Shown: one piece after another, positions 48,213 to 58,039 of the stretch
Position numbering within the stretch: position 1 is the stretch's first letter
How the letters are laid out: each line of letters begins with the position of its first letter
The notes under the pieces: generated by a model
What the model saw: the letters and a program-made list of their open reading frames with translations, nothing else
What the model was told of the DNA's origin: nothing
The model's database searches: none
Position numbers and translations under genes: made by a program
Sequence record: MN871445.1
Length of the DNA: 64,000 nucleotides
Strand: one strand, 5' to 3'

Positions 48213-48464
48213 GTGGCCACATTCGTTAAACTCAAACCTGGAATATATTTGGTGGATAACAACAGTTCATTTAATTTAGCTGTCCGTGATTTTACCTACC
48301 CAGCAAAAGAATGTAAAATAAAACCCAGCGCCAGGCCGGGTACATTTCCTTCAATGGTAATCCTCAGTATTGGATATAATCTCGGGGATTATTATCTCGA
48401 TGTAAAATTCATGAAGGTTGATGCATTAGCCGAAATACTAAGACAATATCAGCATGCTAAATAG
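48213..48464 (+). CDS. Hypothetical protein (paralog of 32094 C-terminal half)
   Basis: AGGA RBS, GTG start; LKPGIYLV...FPSMV. Confidence 0.5.
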   Translation: MATFVKLKPGIYLVDNNSSFNLAVRDFTYPAKECKIKPSARPGTFPSMVILSIGYNLGDYYLDVKFMKVDALAEILRQYQHAK

Positions 48465-48473
48465 TTATACCTT

Positions 48474-48481
48474 TATATTAC
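48474..48481 (+). promoter_or_regulatory. phiKZ-type early promoter element TATATTAC
   Basis: Exact octamer before NADAR gene. Confidence 0.65.
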
Positions 48482-48510
48482 TTTGGTGACTCTGGCTGGG
48501 AATAAATATC

Positions 48511-49020
48511 ATGTTAATTACAGATGCCCACGTATTTTTCTTTTCCTACAAGGACCAATATAGTAACCATTATCGGTCCCCATTTTCCGTACCTACTGAA
48601 CCAGGGATAGTATTCCATACCGTCGAACATTACATGATGTTCATTAAGGCTACAATGTTTTGTGCGCCAGATATAGCCGAAAAAATCATAAATGCGTCAT
48701 CACCGATGGATGCTAAAAAATTAGGGCGGCAGGTTAAAAACTATGATGATTCAGTGTGGTCTCTGTGCCGAGAAAAAGTGGTCACAAAAGGGCTCTTTTA
48801 TAAGATGCGCTGCCATCCTGATATTCGAATAGCCGCCCTCAAGTTTAGGGTGGAAGGGAAACGGTTCGTCGAGGCAAGTCCATATGACCGTATATGGGGT
48901 GTGGGCTTAGCTGAGACAGACCCGCTCATTGTAGACCCAGCTAACTGGAAAGGTCAAAACCTGCTGGGTAAATGTTGGGAGAAAGCAATTGATTTGACTT
49001 TACTGGGGGAATTACCATGA
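48511..49020 (+). CDS. NADAR-family protein (YbiA-like)
   Basis: FHTVEHYMMFIKA, AKKLGRQV, VEASPYDRIWGVG, GQNLLGKC. Confidence 0.92.
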   Translation: MLITDAHVFFFSYKDQYSNHYRSPFSVPTEPGIVFHTVEHYMMFIKATMFCAPDIAEKIINASSPMDAKKLGRQVKNYDDSVWSLCREKVVTKGLFYKMRCHPDIRIAALKFRVEGKRFVEASPYDRIWGVGLAETDPLIVDPANWKGQNLLGKCWEKAIDLTLLGELP

Positions 49021-49904
49021 TTACATTTTTATGTATGTTTTTAGATCGGCATTATGACTTGAATGCCTGGTGGTTGTTTTATATTCCACCAGTGTTGTGG
49101 GATGCGATTATTTTTATGGTGTTGGGGATAAAAGCACTAAATGGCGGAGGTGCTGTGGGGTTAGAAAAAAGTTGGTATTGGGCACGGGATGAAAAGCGGC
49201 AGGTAACCCGCGTGCGAGTAGTGCAGACGAAAGTCGCCTGGTGGAAAGCATGTCGGCGTTTTACCCTCAATTATTGGATTGATGGTTCCGAATGCAATGT
49301 CGGGTTATTTATCTGCATTCCATTTCTATTTTCTCTATGTGTGACACTGCATTGTGAAACAGATTGGTTTAAACGCAAATTCCCAAAAACCTATGCGGCC
49401 GATGCGATTACGGATTGGCAAATATCCATATCAGCAGAGTACATTTGTCTGCGCTGGGCTGATATGGATACCATGGATTCTTCCACCCGAACAGGATTTC
49501 ATTGGGTCAAATCCTGGGATGATATTTTCAAAGGCGACGCGACATCCAATGTTCGAGATAAACCCTACGCCGTCCACGAAGAGAGTCGGTTCATTAAGAT
49601 CGGGTATCCGAATAAAGGCGAAAAACCACAACTCATCACCTTTACCGTCTATAAGCAAAATATCCATCGATATTATCGGCGGTGGTTCCCGCAGACGTCG
49701 GTGCGGTACCATGTTGCTACAGACATTCAACTTCGGGTGCCTGGGGATGGTGAAAATGAATGGGATTTAGATGATGAGCTTATTGGTGGGCCTTTTCATG
49801 AAGCTTCGGAATCTGCAGACCTTGTCGTTTGCGCCGCTACCCCAAAAGCCGCAGTTGACCAAGTGATTGCCGATTACTATCGGCGAGTAGGTTATCATGG
49901 TTAA
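49017..49904 (+). CDS. Hypothetical protein, hydrophobic N-terminus
   Basis: ATGA overlap. Confidence 0.55.
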   Translation: MITFLCMFLDRHYDLNAWWLFYIPPVLWDAIIFMVLGIKALNGGGAVGLEKSWYWARDEKRQVTRVRVVQTKVAWWKACRRFTLNYWIDGSECNVGLFICIPFLFSLCVTLHCETDWFKRKFPKTYAADAITDWQISISAEYICLRWADMDTMDSSTRTGFHWVKSWDDIFKGDATSNVRDKPYAVHEESRFIKIGYPNKGEKPQLITFTVYKQNIHRYYRRWFPQTSVRYHVATDIQLRVPGDGENEWDLDDELIGGPFHEASESADLVVCAATPKAAVDQVIADYYRRVGYHG

Positions 49905-50388
49905 CATACCGCCCCTGGATGGGGCGTTTTATGTCACCCCAGAAGGGTGCAACATCAACGGTCAGTTTAAACCCGATAACGAAACTATCCCCATTTCCTT
50001 TATTACGGAGAACAAAAAAAACATGATGACTGAACAACAACTCACCAGCATTCAAGCTGAAGCAATCGTGCCCGTGGTGGTACTTAAATTACGTTACATT
50101 GAACTTCCACCAGAAGAAGGCGAGAACGTATGGTCGGTTGTTGCTAAAACCGAACGCTGCACCGATGAACTGTTAAAGCGGGTTATGCCCAAAATTGGGT
50201 TTCGACCAACCGATGCAGACGCCAGGGATTATCTTACCCTCACCGCAGATGCCTTCGAAGGTGGAATCTGCACATTAATGCCGGGTGACTTTGTGGTCAT
50301 CCATTCCAATGGCAGTTATAATTTCATTATGGGTAAAGGCCTGACCGCCAGCATCCAGTTGGACCGTTTAACCTTAACCGTCAATTAA
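49897..50388 (+). CDS. Hypothetical protein
   Basis: LMPGDFVV motif; array. Confidence 0.55.
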   Translation: MVNIPPLDGAFYVTPEGCNINGQFKPDNETIPISFITENKKNMMTEQQLTSIQAEAIVPVVVLKLRYIELPPEEGENVWSVVAKTERCTDELLKRVMPKIGFRPTDADARDYLTLTADAFEGGICTLMPGDFVVIHSNGSYNFIMGKGLTASIQLDRLTLTVN

Positions 50389-50394
50389 CGTGAG

Positions 50395-51003
50395 GTGAGT
50401 ATGTTACAATATCGCGGTGGTATTTTCCTAATCTCGGCAGACCCGGCCCGCAGTCAATTCATCGGATACCGGCCTCGTACAGGTTGTATCGATAAGATAC
50501 TCAATCCGGTTGATGTGGCCGAGTGGTTTGATAAGCTACTTCAACAGTACGGCAATGAAAAAGTTGGTGGCCGGGCAATGTTCGAATGCAGTTATACCCC
50601 AGTCCCCGATCTGGATATGGTCGGCTACATCGCCATGGTTGTTATTGACCTACCCAATGAACGACTGCAGGTTTATCTGGCGGAAGGAGCCAAACTCCCA
50701 AAAACCAAAAATGCCGAGTACGCTGCCTGCTTGGCGATTCAGGAATGCGGTATCCTGCAAAATGGATTAACCGGTGGGGTGGATGCATTGATTGCGTTGA
50801 CCTTGGAACAGCCTTTGATGCGCCCGTATAGCGCGCCCACAAATACGTCCCGCAAAAATAAGGTTGCTTTTATTGCCGCCACATTGGGGATGTTGGGCTA
50901 TGCCGGTTATCCGTTTGCCAAAGCTGCCGTTGCCGAACAACCGCGCAAACATTCCTCTAATCAGCGTCGTTGGCGGCGCAATAATTCTAAACGTACAGGG
51001 TGA
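50395..51003 (+). CDS. Hypothetical protein, C-terminal TM segment and basic tail
   Basis: GAGG RBS (start may be 50401). Confidence 0.55.
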   Translation: MSMLQYRGGIFLISADPARSQFIGYRPRTGCIDKILNPVDVAEWFDKLLQQYGNEKVGGRAMFECSYTPVPDLDMVGYIAMVVIDLPNERLQVYLAEGAKLPKTKNAEYAACLAIQECGILQNGLTGGVDALIALTLEQPLMRPYSAPTNTSRKNKVAFIAATLGMLGYAGYPFAKAAVAEQPRKHSSNQRRWRRNNSKRTG

Positions 51004-51009
51004 ATCCAC

Positions 51010-51231
51010 ATGAAATATATTTGGTTGTTGCTAGTCACGGTTACGTGTAATGTCTTCGCACGCCCAGATTACCCGGATGTGAATCGTTTTGTGCAGTACA
51101 ATGTTCCAAATACTGCTGCCTACATCATCGTGGATACAAAGACCGGGTGTGAATACATTAGCAATAGTGGTGAGGGCGCCACCTGGTCTCTACTACAGGG
51201 TACCTGCAAAATACCCGAGGAGAAAAAATAA
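51010..51231 (+). CDS. Small secreted protein
   Basis: Signal peptide; IIVDTKTGCEY motif. Confidence 0.65.
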   Translation: MKYIWLLLVTVTCNVFARPDYPDVNRFVQYNVPNTAAYIIVDTKTGCEYISNSGEGATWSLLQGTCKIPEEKK

Positions 51232-51232
51232 A

Positions 51233-51529
51233 ATGGGTAAGACAACATACGAGATAGTCAAGTGGGGTGATGAACGTGGCTATGGCTGTGTAGTTAAACA
51301 AATTACCAAAGGGTGGTTTAAAACAACTACTAAAACGTGGACTTTGATTCCCAGTTATGGCGGTCAGCATCTGTATAGTCGCTGGACCTGTCTTGAAACC
51401 GGGGAAAGTATTCTCGTGGGTGAATTGTTTAAAGTGGAATTGGTGTATATAGCCAGATACTCATTAAGAAAAAATCCAACGATAGCGTTACCGTATCCAA
51501 CAAGAGATGCGGACGCGTGTTCGTTGTGA
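51233..51529 (+). CDS. Hypothetical protein, triplet family member 1
   Basis: Y....GD..G.G.V....G.F.T...W...W.C.ETG. Confidence 0.6.
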   Translation: MGKTTYEIVKWGDERGYGCVVKQITKGWFKTTTKTWTLIPSYGGQHLYSRWTCLETGESILVGELFKVELVYIARYSLRKNPTIALPYPTRDADACSL

Positions 51530-51564
51530 TTTGTCGAAATATTTATCTTAAGTGAGGGGGGATA

Positions 51565-51861
51565 ATGATTAAAAAATATAAGGTACTTAAATATGGCGAT
51601 GCCCGTGGGGTTGGGGCAATTGTCGAAGAAACCGTCGGGTTTTTATGGCGTACCCAGATACGTACCTGGACCTGTGTATCCGCCCCCGGGTTTGAAGATG
51701 ATTCAGATTTTGACCAGTGGGTGTGCAGAGAAACTGGACAGAGCATCGAGGCCGACCCTCTATATGGCGAAGCCATTCCAGCATTCTATCGCGCAAACTA
51801 CAATACCTACACTAAGGAAGAACGCACATGTGCGACAACGTCCATGCCGTCCGCAGATTGA
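51565..51861 (+). CDS. Hypothetical protein, triplet family member 2
   Basis: Same motif set. Confidence 0.6.
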   Translation: MIKKYKVLKYGDARGVGAIVEETVGFLWRTQIRTWTCVSAPGFEDDSDFDQWVCRETGQSIEADPLYGEAIPAFYRANYNTYTKEERTCATTSMPSAD

Positions 51862-52139
51862 AACACATCAGCGCCAGAGATTGGATAAAAAGAAAATCAG
51901 AGGGGCTATTGCTCTGCGATATTACTGACCCCGTTGCGGGGTATCCAGTACACAACGATCATTCCATCATTAACGACGTGACTACCAGCTATAATTCATC
52001 AAGTGATAAAATGTCGTATAGTTTCGGTAACCATCACATGTCTCCAGGAGACCTGATTGTCTTTTACGCTGATGGGCAAGTTGCATTTATCAGTGCGTCA
52101 GCAGAAACATTACACCTCCCATATTTTAAATTGGTGTAA
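51828..52139 (+). CDS. Hypothetical protein
   Basis: MSPGDLIVF resembles 49897 LMPGDFVV. Confidence 0.5.
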   Translation: MCDNVHAVRRLKHISARDWIKRKSEGLLLCDITDPVAGYPVHNDHSIINDVTTSYNSSSDKMSYSFGNHHMSPGDLIVFYADGQVAFISASAETLHLPYFKLV

Positions 52140-52200
52140 ATTAAACGCACCATAGGTACAATACGTCTTGATGAGACGCAAATCTTTACCTGTAGGGGGA

Positions 52201-52458
52201 ATGATGGCCAAAATAACATATCGAGTTATCCGCAATGGAGATCTATATGGACGTGGTGCGGTAATCGAAGAAAAAAGAAAAGGATGGTTTAGAACCCAAA
52301 TCAAACGGTGGGAAAGAATACCCAGCGCGGAACTTACCGAATTCCCCGGGCTCGATCAATGGTTCTGTTTAGAAACGGGCGAACATGCCCTCATCAATTC
52401 AATTCGCATGTCTGATATGACTAATTTCTATCGAGACCACCCCAAGGAAAAATCATGA
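52201..52458 (+). CDS. Hypothetical protein, triplet family member 3
   Basis: Same motif set; GGGGG RBS. Confidence 0.6.
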   Translation: MMAKITYRVIRNGDLYGRGAVIEEKRKGWFRTQIKRWERIPSAELTEFPGLDQWFCLETGEHALINSIRMSDMTNFYRDHPKEKS

Positions 52459-52943
52459 TTGATATTACAAAATCCAAAATGGCTCTCCACATTACCAACT
52501 CGGCCGATATCCCGGTAGTCGGCCGAATGCAATACGGTAACGTGATTACCGATGACGGCCCTGAGAAAGGGGTTGCTATTCGTACTTCTCCCGTTACGCG
52601 ACTGGAAGAAGTGGATGGGCGAACGTTTGTAAAAACCCTCAGTGATTCCGTATACGAAGTAGTAAACGATATCACTCCAGAAACTGATGGTAAAATCTAT
52701 ACGCCACGTCAGATCGCCGCAGATACCTTCGATATTTGCAAGCAGTGGGCTGGCAAACCGGACATCCCGCGGATGGATGCTGTCACTGGGGCGGTACAGG
52801 ACGTATTGCTGCACATGGGGTTCTCTGAAGATAATTCACGTAACCGTCTGGTGGGGCATTCCGTGGATGTGGAAGTGAATGACATTTTATTGTCATTCCA
52901 TGATCTGAAAAAAGAAGCAGCGGATGGGATCGCGGATGATTAA
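52455..52943 (+). CDS. Hypothetical protein
   Basis: IRTSPVTRL...FVKTLSDSVY. Confidence 0.6.
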   Translation: MIDITKSKMALHITNSADIPVVGRMQYGNVITDDGPEKGVAIRTSPVTRLEEVDGRTFVKTLSDSVYEVVNDITPETDGKIYTPRQIAADTFDICKQWAGKPDIPRMDAVTGAVQDVLLHMGFSEDNSRNRLVGHSVDVEVNDILLSFHDLKKEAADGIADD

Positions 52944-53202
52944 AATCACTTCTTATGTTGCCGGTATGGCCATAGTCGCAGCGCTTGTTTTCATCAATGC
53001 GCCGACGGATAGTCAACTGGCAAAGGTCCTTGAAGACCAAAATTATGCCAATATCGTTATCCACGGATATTCGTATTTTGGTTGCGGCCAAGATGTATAT
53101 TCGTATTCATTTACCGCAACGCGGCTGGATAATGGGCGTACCGTAAATGGGTATCTCTGCAGTGGTATCATGAAGGGATACACTACTCGTCTGGAGGAAT
53201 AA
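52936..53202 (+). CDS. Small secreted/membrane protein
   Basis: N-terminal TM segment; GYSYFGCG...FTA...GYLCSGI. Confidence 0.65.
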   Translation: MIKITSYVAGMAIVAALVFINAPTDSQLAKVLEDQNYANIVIHGYSYFGCGQDVYSYSFTATRLDNGRTVNGYLCSGIMKGYTTRLEE

Positions 53203-53203
53203 A

Positions 53204-53641
53204 ATGGCGTCAAAAGAAGAAACAAAATCGTTTGTGATGGGGTTTGCTATTGTAGTTGGGGTTATGGTTCTCGGGGTTGCCCTGTACTCCGTAACGTTAG
53301 GTATTCGCTACTTCATGGCGGAGCCCACCGGTAAAGTCCAGATGGAAGAATCTGTGACTTCTGGCAATGCTCAGATTTATTCGTACAATCATTTCTTTGA
53401 CATGTGCGCTGCGGTGCAGGGATATGAACAGACCCTGAAAGTTCAGCAGGCGATGTTGGTTGATGCTACCGACGATAAAGCTCGTATTCGTTCGAACATC
53501 GCTGCCATCAGTGGCGCGCGGTCCAGTTTGATTGCGCAGTATAATGCCGATGCTGGCAAAATCAAAACGCTGGCTCGTTTTAAAGACGATAACCTCCCCA
53601 ACCATCTTTCAGAAAGTGAGAACACCGTATGCGCACAGTAA
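53204..53641 (+). CDS. Membrane-anchored protein
   Basis: N-terminal TM segment, coiled coil, IAQYNA. Confidence 0.65.
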   Translation: MASKEETKSFVMGFAIVVGVMVLGVALYSVTLGIRYFMAEPTGKVQMEESVTSGNAQIYSYNHFFDMCAAVQGYEQTLKVQQAMLVDATDDKARIRSNIAAISGARSSLIAQYNADAGKIKTLARFKDDNLPNHLSESENTVCAQ

Positions 53642-54168
53642 ATCGTAATCTCCTGATCGGCCTCGCTTTGGCATCTATTGGACTGTTCACCATGGGCAAC
53701 ACCGGATGCGATGACCAATCCAGCCGGCAGCAGATGGCGCAAGAGCGTGAGTCTAATACTGATTCAGCTATTGCTTCGGTACCGGTACCGAAAATTCATA
53801 ACTACGCGGCGCGTGAAGCCGTAGCACGTCAGGTTAAACGGATGGACCAGGTAGGTAAGTTGTATTACATCTATCTGATGTCGCAAAACGGGTCTATTAT
53901 CGGATACTACATTTCAGAAACCAGACCCATATCTGTTTGTGCCGCGTTGACCCCGGTGGATGATGTTCAACAAAGTTCCAGCGGCAGTTTGGCGGTAACT
54001 AAAGCCCCCGGCTTGCAGGGAACTTACGGCGGTAGTGATTGTGGCAGGTACTTCTTTTTCGATGCTGAAACCAAAGCCCTGGGTGAAGTTCCGTCGGCTC
54101 TCATGCTGTGGTTTGACGCACCATTAGCAGTTAATGCACCGCAAATCAAAGTGACTATCAGTAAATAA
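53629..54168 (+). CDS. Putative lipoprotein
   Basis: Signal sequence plus TGC; YIYLMS..G..IGYY. Confidence 0.65.
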   Translation: MRTVNRNLLIGLALASIGLFTMGNTGCDDQSSRQQMAQERESNTDSAIASVPVPKIHNYAAREAVARQVKRMDQVGKLYYIYLMSQNGSIIGYYISETRPISVCAALTPVDDVQQSSSGSLAVTKAPGLQGTYGGSDCGRYFFFDAETKALGEVPSALMLWFDAPLAVNAPQIKVTISK

Positions 54169-54177
54169 CATCATAAC

Positions 54178-54199
54178 GGGAGAGGCGTTCGCCTCTCCC
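54178..54199 (+). terminator. Hairpin
   Basis: GGGAGAGGC-GTTC-GCCTCTCCC. Confidence 0.75.
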
Positions 54200-54225
54200 A
54201 AATATATCGAAATAAGGAAACAAAC

Positions 54226-54852
54226 ATGCAAGTCATGACGATGCAATTCCCAAAAGGCCTCGGAAAATTCTACGGCGGTCAACCCCTCCCAGTCACTGAA
54301 TTTATTGCGAATTACACTACGCATAAAGCAATTCAAGAAATGGACAACGATAACCATGCTTATTTTGTCCAGGGTGGCCGAGTAATTGGCGACCTGTACA
54401 TGTACGATATTCATCCGTTCATGTATGATGCAATGAATCGCCCAGGAGTGCATGTTCTGGCGGTGGGGCGTGCGACAAATATCATTGCCGGACTATGGTT
54501 CGCTGAACGTACGCACGCGTTACGGGCAATGCGCGACCCGGCGGTCAACACCGGAACCCCGGTCAAAATTCGCATCTCATTCCAACTGGACCCCCAAGCA
54601 GAAATTCTTGATGGATTATTGACCTATTTAAGCCGCCGTGGTATTGATGGGTACAGCATGCCGAAAGATACCGCAATGGAACAAACCATGGTGTCCCTTT
54701 TCACTAATCGTGCAACACAGCAGCATGCGGGTGGGATTTATACATCCGAGTCACATGACATGTGGGATTGTGTCATTGAATTTACTTCAGTGAGTGACGC
54801 ACGTAAATTCTTGGCGCGGATGCCGCAAGTAATGGAACAGTTAATTAAATAG
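54226..54852 (+). CDS. Hypothetical protein
   Basis: AAGGA RBS. Confidence 0.65.
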   Translation: MQVMTMQFPKGLGKFYGGQPLPVTEFIANYTTHKAIQEMDNDNHAYFVQGGRVIGDLYMYDIHPFMYDAMNRPGVHVLAVGRATNIIAGLWFAERTHALRAMRDPAVNTGTPVKIRISFQLDPQAEILDGLLTYLSRRGIDGYSMPKDTAMEQTMVSLFTNRATQQHAGGIYTSESHDMWDCVIEFTSVSDARKFLARMPQVMEQLIK

Positions 54853-54949
54853 TTGCTTAGGTAACGATACCCCAACTCAAGTCGTAATGACAGGTCCAAT
54901 AACGGAATCATGATTGTTATGATTGAGATTAAAACTGAGGAGTAAAATC

Positions 54950-55846
54950 ATGTTAGTGAAAAAACTGGAATCTAATACCGTCGGTGAAGATAAATATCTG
55001 GTTACTTTGGATATTCGAGACACCGCAGCGAAAATAGGCGTCGATCCAAGAATAGTGCTTGATGCACTAATTAGTTACGACCCACAAGTGACTTATTATG
55101 GTACTCTGAGTTCTAGCGAATACTTTAAAGGATTAAGTGAGCAATGTCAGACATTGCCGACAAATTATAAACGAGCATTTAAATTAGACGATATAGTACT
55201 ACGGCTTAGCGAAAAAGCAATTCGACTTGATGCAACCAAGTCAATTGTGACCGTTTCTATTATTGTGTCTAATAGCACCTTCGTTGGTGACCTGACCCAT
55301 CCCGGGTGGACATTAGTTCCAGCAATAGCCAAAATTGATTCAAATGAAGTTGATACTTATTTGTTTGGGGGAGAAGATAGGAGATTTGGGGCCTATAGTT
55401 ACGACCCTGACCTGTATCGATATAAATTACTGGGATTCGATTTACTTACAGAATCCACGATTTTCCCAGGTACGAAATACCCGGTAGTGGAAGAACCCAG
55501 ATATCACATTAAAACCTGTGATTTTGGATTTGGTATAAAAGTGCATTACGCTATCAATAAAGCACCAGATTTAACAAATCCTAGGGACAGGGAAGGATAT
55601 CGGGTGTTCCAATATCAAGTGGTAATACATGGGATTAAACTGGGTGTTGGGGCAATTGATAAGTGCAATAATGAAGAAGCAGTGCATGTATTGAATATTA
55701 TTTCTAATAGAACCTCGGAAGGGTTATGTGGTGTTCTTGAACAGATCCCAGCAATACGCACGATATTGCGAGATATGACCCCGATGGATTCCACTTGGCA
55801 TAGTTCCACCATAACGGAATCAGAATACCAGAAATTGTTTAGTTAA
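54950..55846 (+). CDS. Hypothetical protein
   Basis: GAGGAG RBS before ATG 54950. Confidence 0.65.
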   Translation: MLVKKLESNTVGEDKYLVTLDIRDTAAKIGVDPRIVLDALISYDPQVTYYGTLSSSEYFKGLSEQCQTLPTNYKRAFKLDDIVLRLSEKAIRLDATKSIVTVSIIVSNSTFVGDLTHPGWTLVPAIAKIDSNEVDTYLFGGEDRRFGAYSYDPDLYRYKLLGFDLLTESTIFPGTKYPVVEEPRYHIKTCDFGFGIKVHYAINKAPDLTNPRDREGYRVFQYQVVIHGIKLGVGAIDKCNNEEAVHVLNIISNRTSEGLCGVLEQIPAIRTILRDMTPMDSTWHSSTITESEYQKLFS

Positions 55847-55853
55847 TTTCGCC

Positions 55854-55874
55854 TGGGGTGGATAAACCACCCCA
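55854..55874 (+). terminator. Hairpin
   Basis: TGGGGTGG-ATAAA-CCACCCCA then TTATGCC. Confidence 0.7.
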
Positions 55875-55891
55875 TTATGCCCGGAGGCAAC

Positions 55892-56191
55892 ATGGAATCG
55901 CGCTTAATTCTTCCCGTTAATGGGATTTATTTTGACCAAATGGTGGCGGGTACGAAGCCGTTCGAATTTCGTTTACGAAATGAATATTGGTCTAAAAGAC
56001 TGGTAAACCGACATTATGATCGTTTAATCATTACCCGCGGATACCCCAAAAATACAGAATATAATAAACGGCTGGTGCTTCCGTATCTGGGATATGAACT
56101 CCAGACCATCAACCATCCTCACTTCAATAACATTCCGGTAGACGTTTATGCCATCATCATCGACCACAAGCAGCGCATCTTTGAAGTCTAA
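55892..56191 (+). CDS. ASCH-domain protein
   Basis: LILPVNGIYFDQMVAGTKPFEFRL..YWSKRL, TRGYP. Confidence 0.85.
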   Translation: MESRLILPVNGIYFDQMVAGTKPFEFRLRNEYWSKRLVNRHYDRLIITRGYPKNTEYNKRLVLPYLGYELQTINHPHFNNIPVDVYAIIIDHKQRIFEV

Positions 56192-56543
56192 AGTACTGGA
56201 AGAGGTTTTTCCTCGGCTAGATATAGAAACCAGTCGTTGGGGGAATCATTCCCTAGAAACCATTCACTCAATGAACGATACGTACCATCGCGTAGACGTT
56301 CGATTAATTGCTCCAGGAACTAGTACAGGTAATGGAGAACTTATTGTAGTACTGCACGCTAGTTTCTGGAAGAAAAAGAAACAATATAAGTATTATGAAA
56401 TCGATCGTTCTGAGCGTACGGCAGTTAGGGTATTGGCCAACACTATCGCGGCAGCATCAGATACTGCCATCGCCTGGTGGGAATCTAAGGAAGGATTGAA
56501 TCTGGATGAGTATGATTATCAAACCACCTCATTTGAAAAATAA
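56148..56543 (+). CDS. Hypothetical protein (start uncertain)
   Basis: ORF in array. Confidence 0.5.
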   Translation: MPSSSTTSSASLKSKVLEEVFPRLDIETSRWGNHSLETIHSMNDTYHRVDVRLIAPGTSTGNGELIVVLHASFWKKKKQYKYYEIDRSERTAVRVLANTIAAASDTAIAWWESKEGLNLDEYDYQTTSFEK

Positions 56544-56551
56544 CAAAAACG

Positions 56552-56559
56552 TATATTAC
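56552..56559 (+). promoter_or_regulatory. phiKZ-type early promoter element TATATTAC
   Basis: Exact octamer, A-rich upstream. Confidence 0.7.
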
Positions 56560-56597
56560 TAATTGGACAATCGCCGCATAACCTAAGGTTCGCTATC

Positions 56598-57089
56598 ATG
56601 ATGACTATCAACCACCACAGTAATTCGGTAACCATTGATGCACATGTATCAATGGAAATTATTATGGGCCATTTATCTATACCGCAAGCTAAATTGGACC
56701 ACGCCCTTACAAAAGCCGCCAATCGGGATTGGACATTATTATTCTCAAACCTGTCTACCTTAATTGACGAACCACCAATCAGCGATAAGCGTTTGACGGG
56801 TCCATGGGTAGTGGGCTCCACCTACAACATGCGATTCACGGATGACATTTTGCATGTTCAGGGATGTTTTAGTAAAGACTTAATTGACCCACTGGGCTTC
56901 TCGGAAACCGATGCATTTATGGTGATGCCTGTATTAAAGGCGACGATGACCCGAGGTAGAATTCATGTGGGGGAATTCAGCCTTAACCACAATGTTCCAC
57001 GTGGAATGACCGAATTAAACAACCTCATGGCCCTCTTAGATTTGGGTTATTATCTCACCGTAACTGATTTTGAAATCATAAAGGTATAA
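56598..57089 (+). CDS. Hypothetical protein
   Basis: First ORF after promoter. Confidence 0.55.
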   Translation: MMTINHHSNSVTIDAHVSMEIIMGHLSIPQAKLDHALTKAANRDWTLLFSNLSTLIDEPPISDKRLTGPWVVGSTYNMRFTDDILHVQGCFSKDLIDPLGFSETDAFMVMPVLKATMTRGRIHVGEFSLNHNVPRGMTELNNLMALLDLGYYLTVTDFEIIKV

Positions 57090-57092
57090 AAA

Positions 57093-57563
57093 ATGATTAC
57101 TGAAATTATTCAAGGGTTAGTTGTCATGGGTTCTAAAGACATCGTCTTGTTAAACCCCAACAGTCTCGATGATTTTGCCAGACGGAAAATCATCCCGCTA
57201 TATTTGGGAGTAACGGATTATGAAAACCCGGCACTCAAACAAGAACCAGCTCACGAATACATCAGGAATATCTTTGCCGAAATACCCGATGTTGCTGACG
57301 ATACTTATATCGGCAACCTGTTTAATTTTCGATTTGTTGACAATCAACTGCAGGCGGATTTGTCGGTATCGACCAAATTCAAGCGTGAGACGGTATTGCG
57401 GGCATTGTCGAGCTTTCGGTACAACAAATTCAAAACCGTGGCACGATTCATACCCATCGCTAGGGGCGGTCGGATTACCACCATGTGTCAGCATAACTCG
57501 CGGGTTACCGATGGCACCGTATACGACGTCCGGTTAACTTCTTTTCATTTTACTTGGCGATAA
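57093..57563 (+). CDS. Hypothetical protein
   Basis: ORF in array. Confidence 0.55.
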   Translation: MITEIIQGLVVMGSKDIVLLNPNSLDDFARRKIIPLYLGVTDYENPALKQEPAHEYIRNIFAEIPDVADDTYIGNLFNFRFVDNQLQADLSVSTKFKRETVLRALSSFRYNKFKTVARFIPIARGGRITTMCQHNSRVTDGTVYDVRLTSFHFTWR

Positions 57564-57567
57564 GATT

Positions 57568-57834
57568 ATGTACCGTAAAGCACATCTCTTAAGTACAACA
57601 ATTAGTGTGCGGGTGTACGCTCAGGAAGCCACTAATTCTGATGAAGTGTCGGCAGAAGATATTGCCTTTTTAAAGGAACTCATGGGAGACGTTTCGTTAC
57701 CAACGATAACGAAACGGGCTTTGAAGAAATATATCGACGAATTGCCGGATATGCTGCTTGAGCAGCAAAAACAGACTGTCGAACAACAACTCGCTGAACT
57801 CGAGCGTATTCGAAGTATAACTGGGAGGAAGTAA
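57568..57834 (+). CDS. Hypothetical coiled-coil protein
   Basis: ORF in array. Confidence 0.55.
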   Translation: MYRKAHLLSTTISVRVYAQEATNSDEVSAEDIAFLKELMGDVSLPTITKRALKKYIDELPDMLLEQQKQTVEQQLAELERIRSITGRK

Positions 57835-57835
57835 T

Positions 57836-58039
57836 ATGGATAGACAAAAGCCACGAGTCAAAGCAACTGACCCCAGCTGGTATTGGGTTGTGGTTGGTCC
57901 CGGAGAAGATCCGCAATCCTTACGTGAACAAGGCTATATTACCATCATGAGTAAGGGTGCCTTGGTCAGAACCAGCGTCCCCGTTGAAGATGATTTCCCA
58001 TCAACAGGCGATCCGCATGCCGCCAATCGGTGGCAATAA
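57836..58039 (+). CDS. Hypothetical protein
   Basis: GGAGG RBS. Confidence 0.55.
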   Translation: MDRQKPRVKATDPSWYWVVVGPGEDPQSLREQGYITIMSKGALVRTSVPVEDDFPSTGDPHAANRWQ

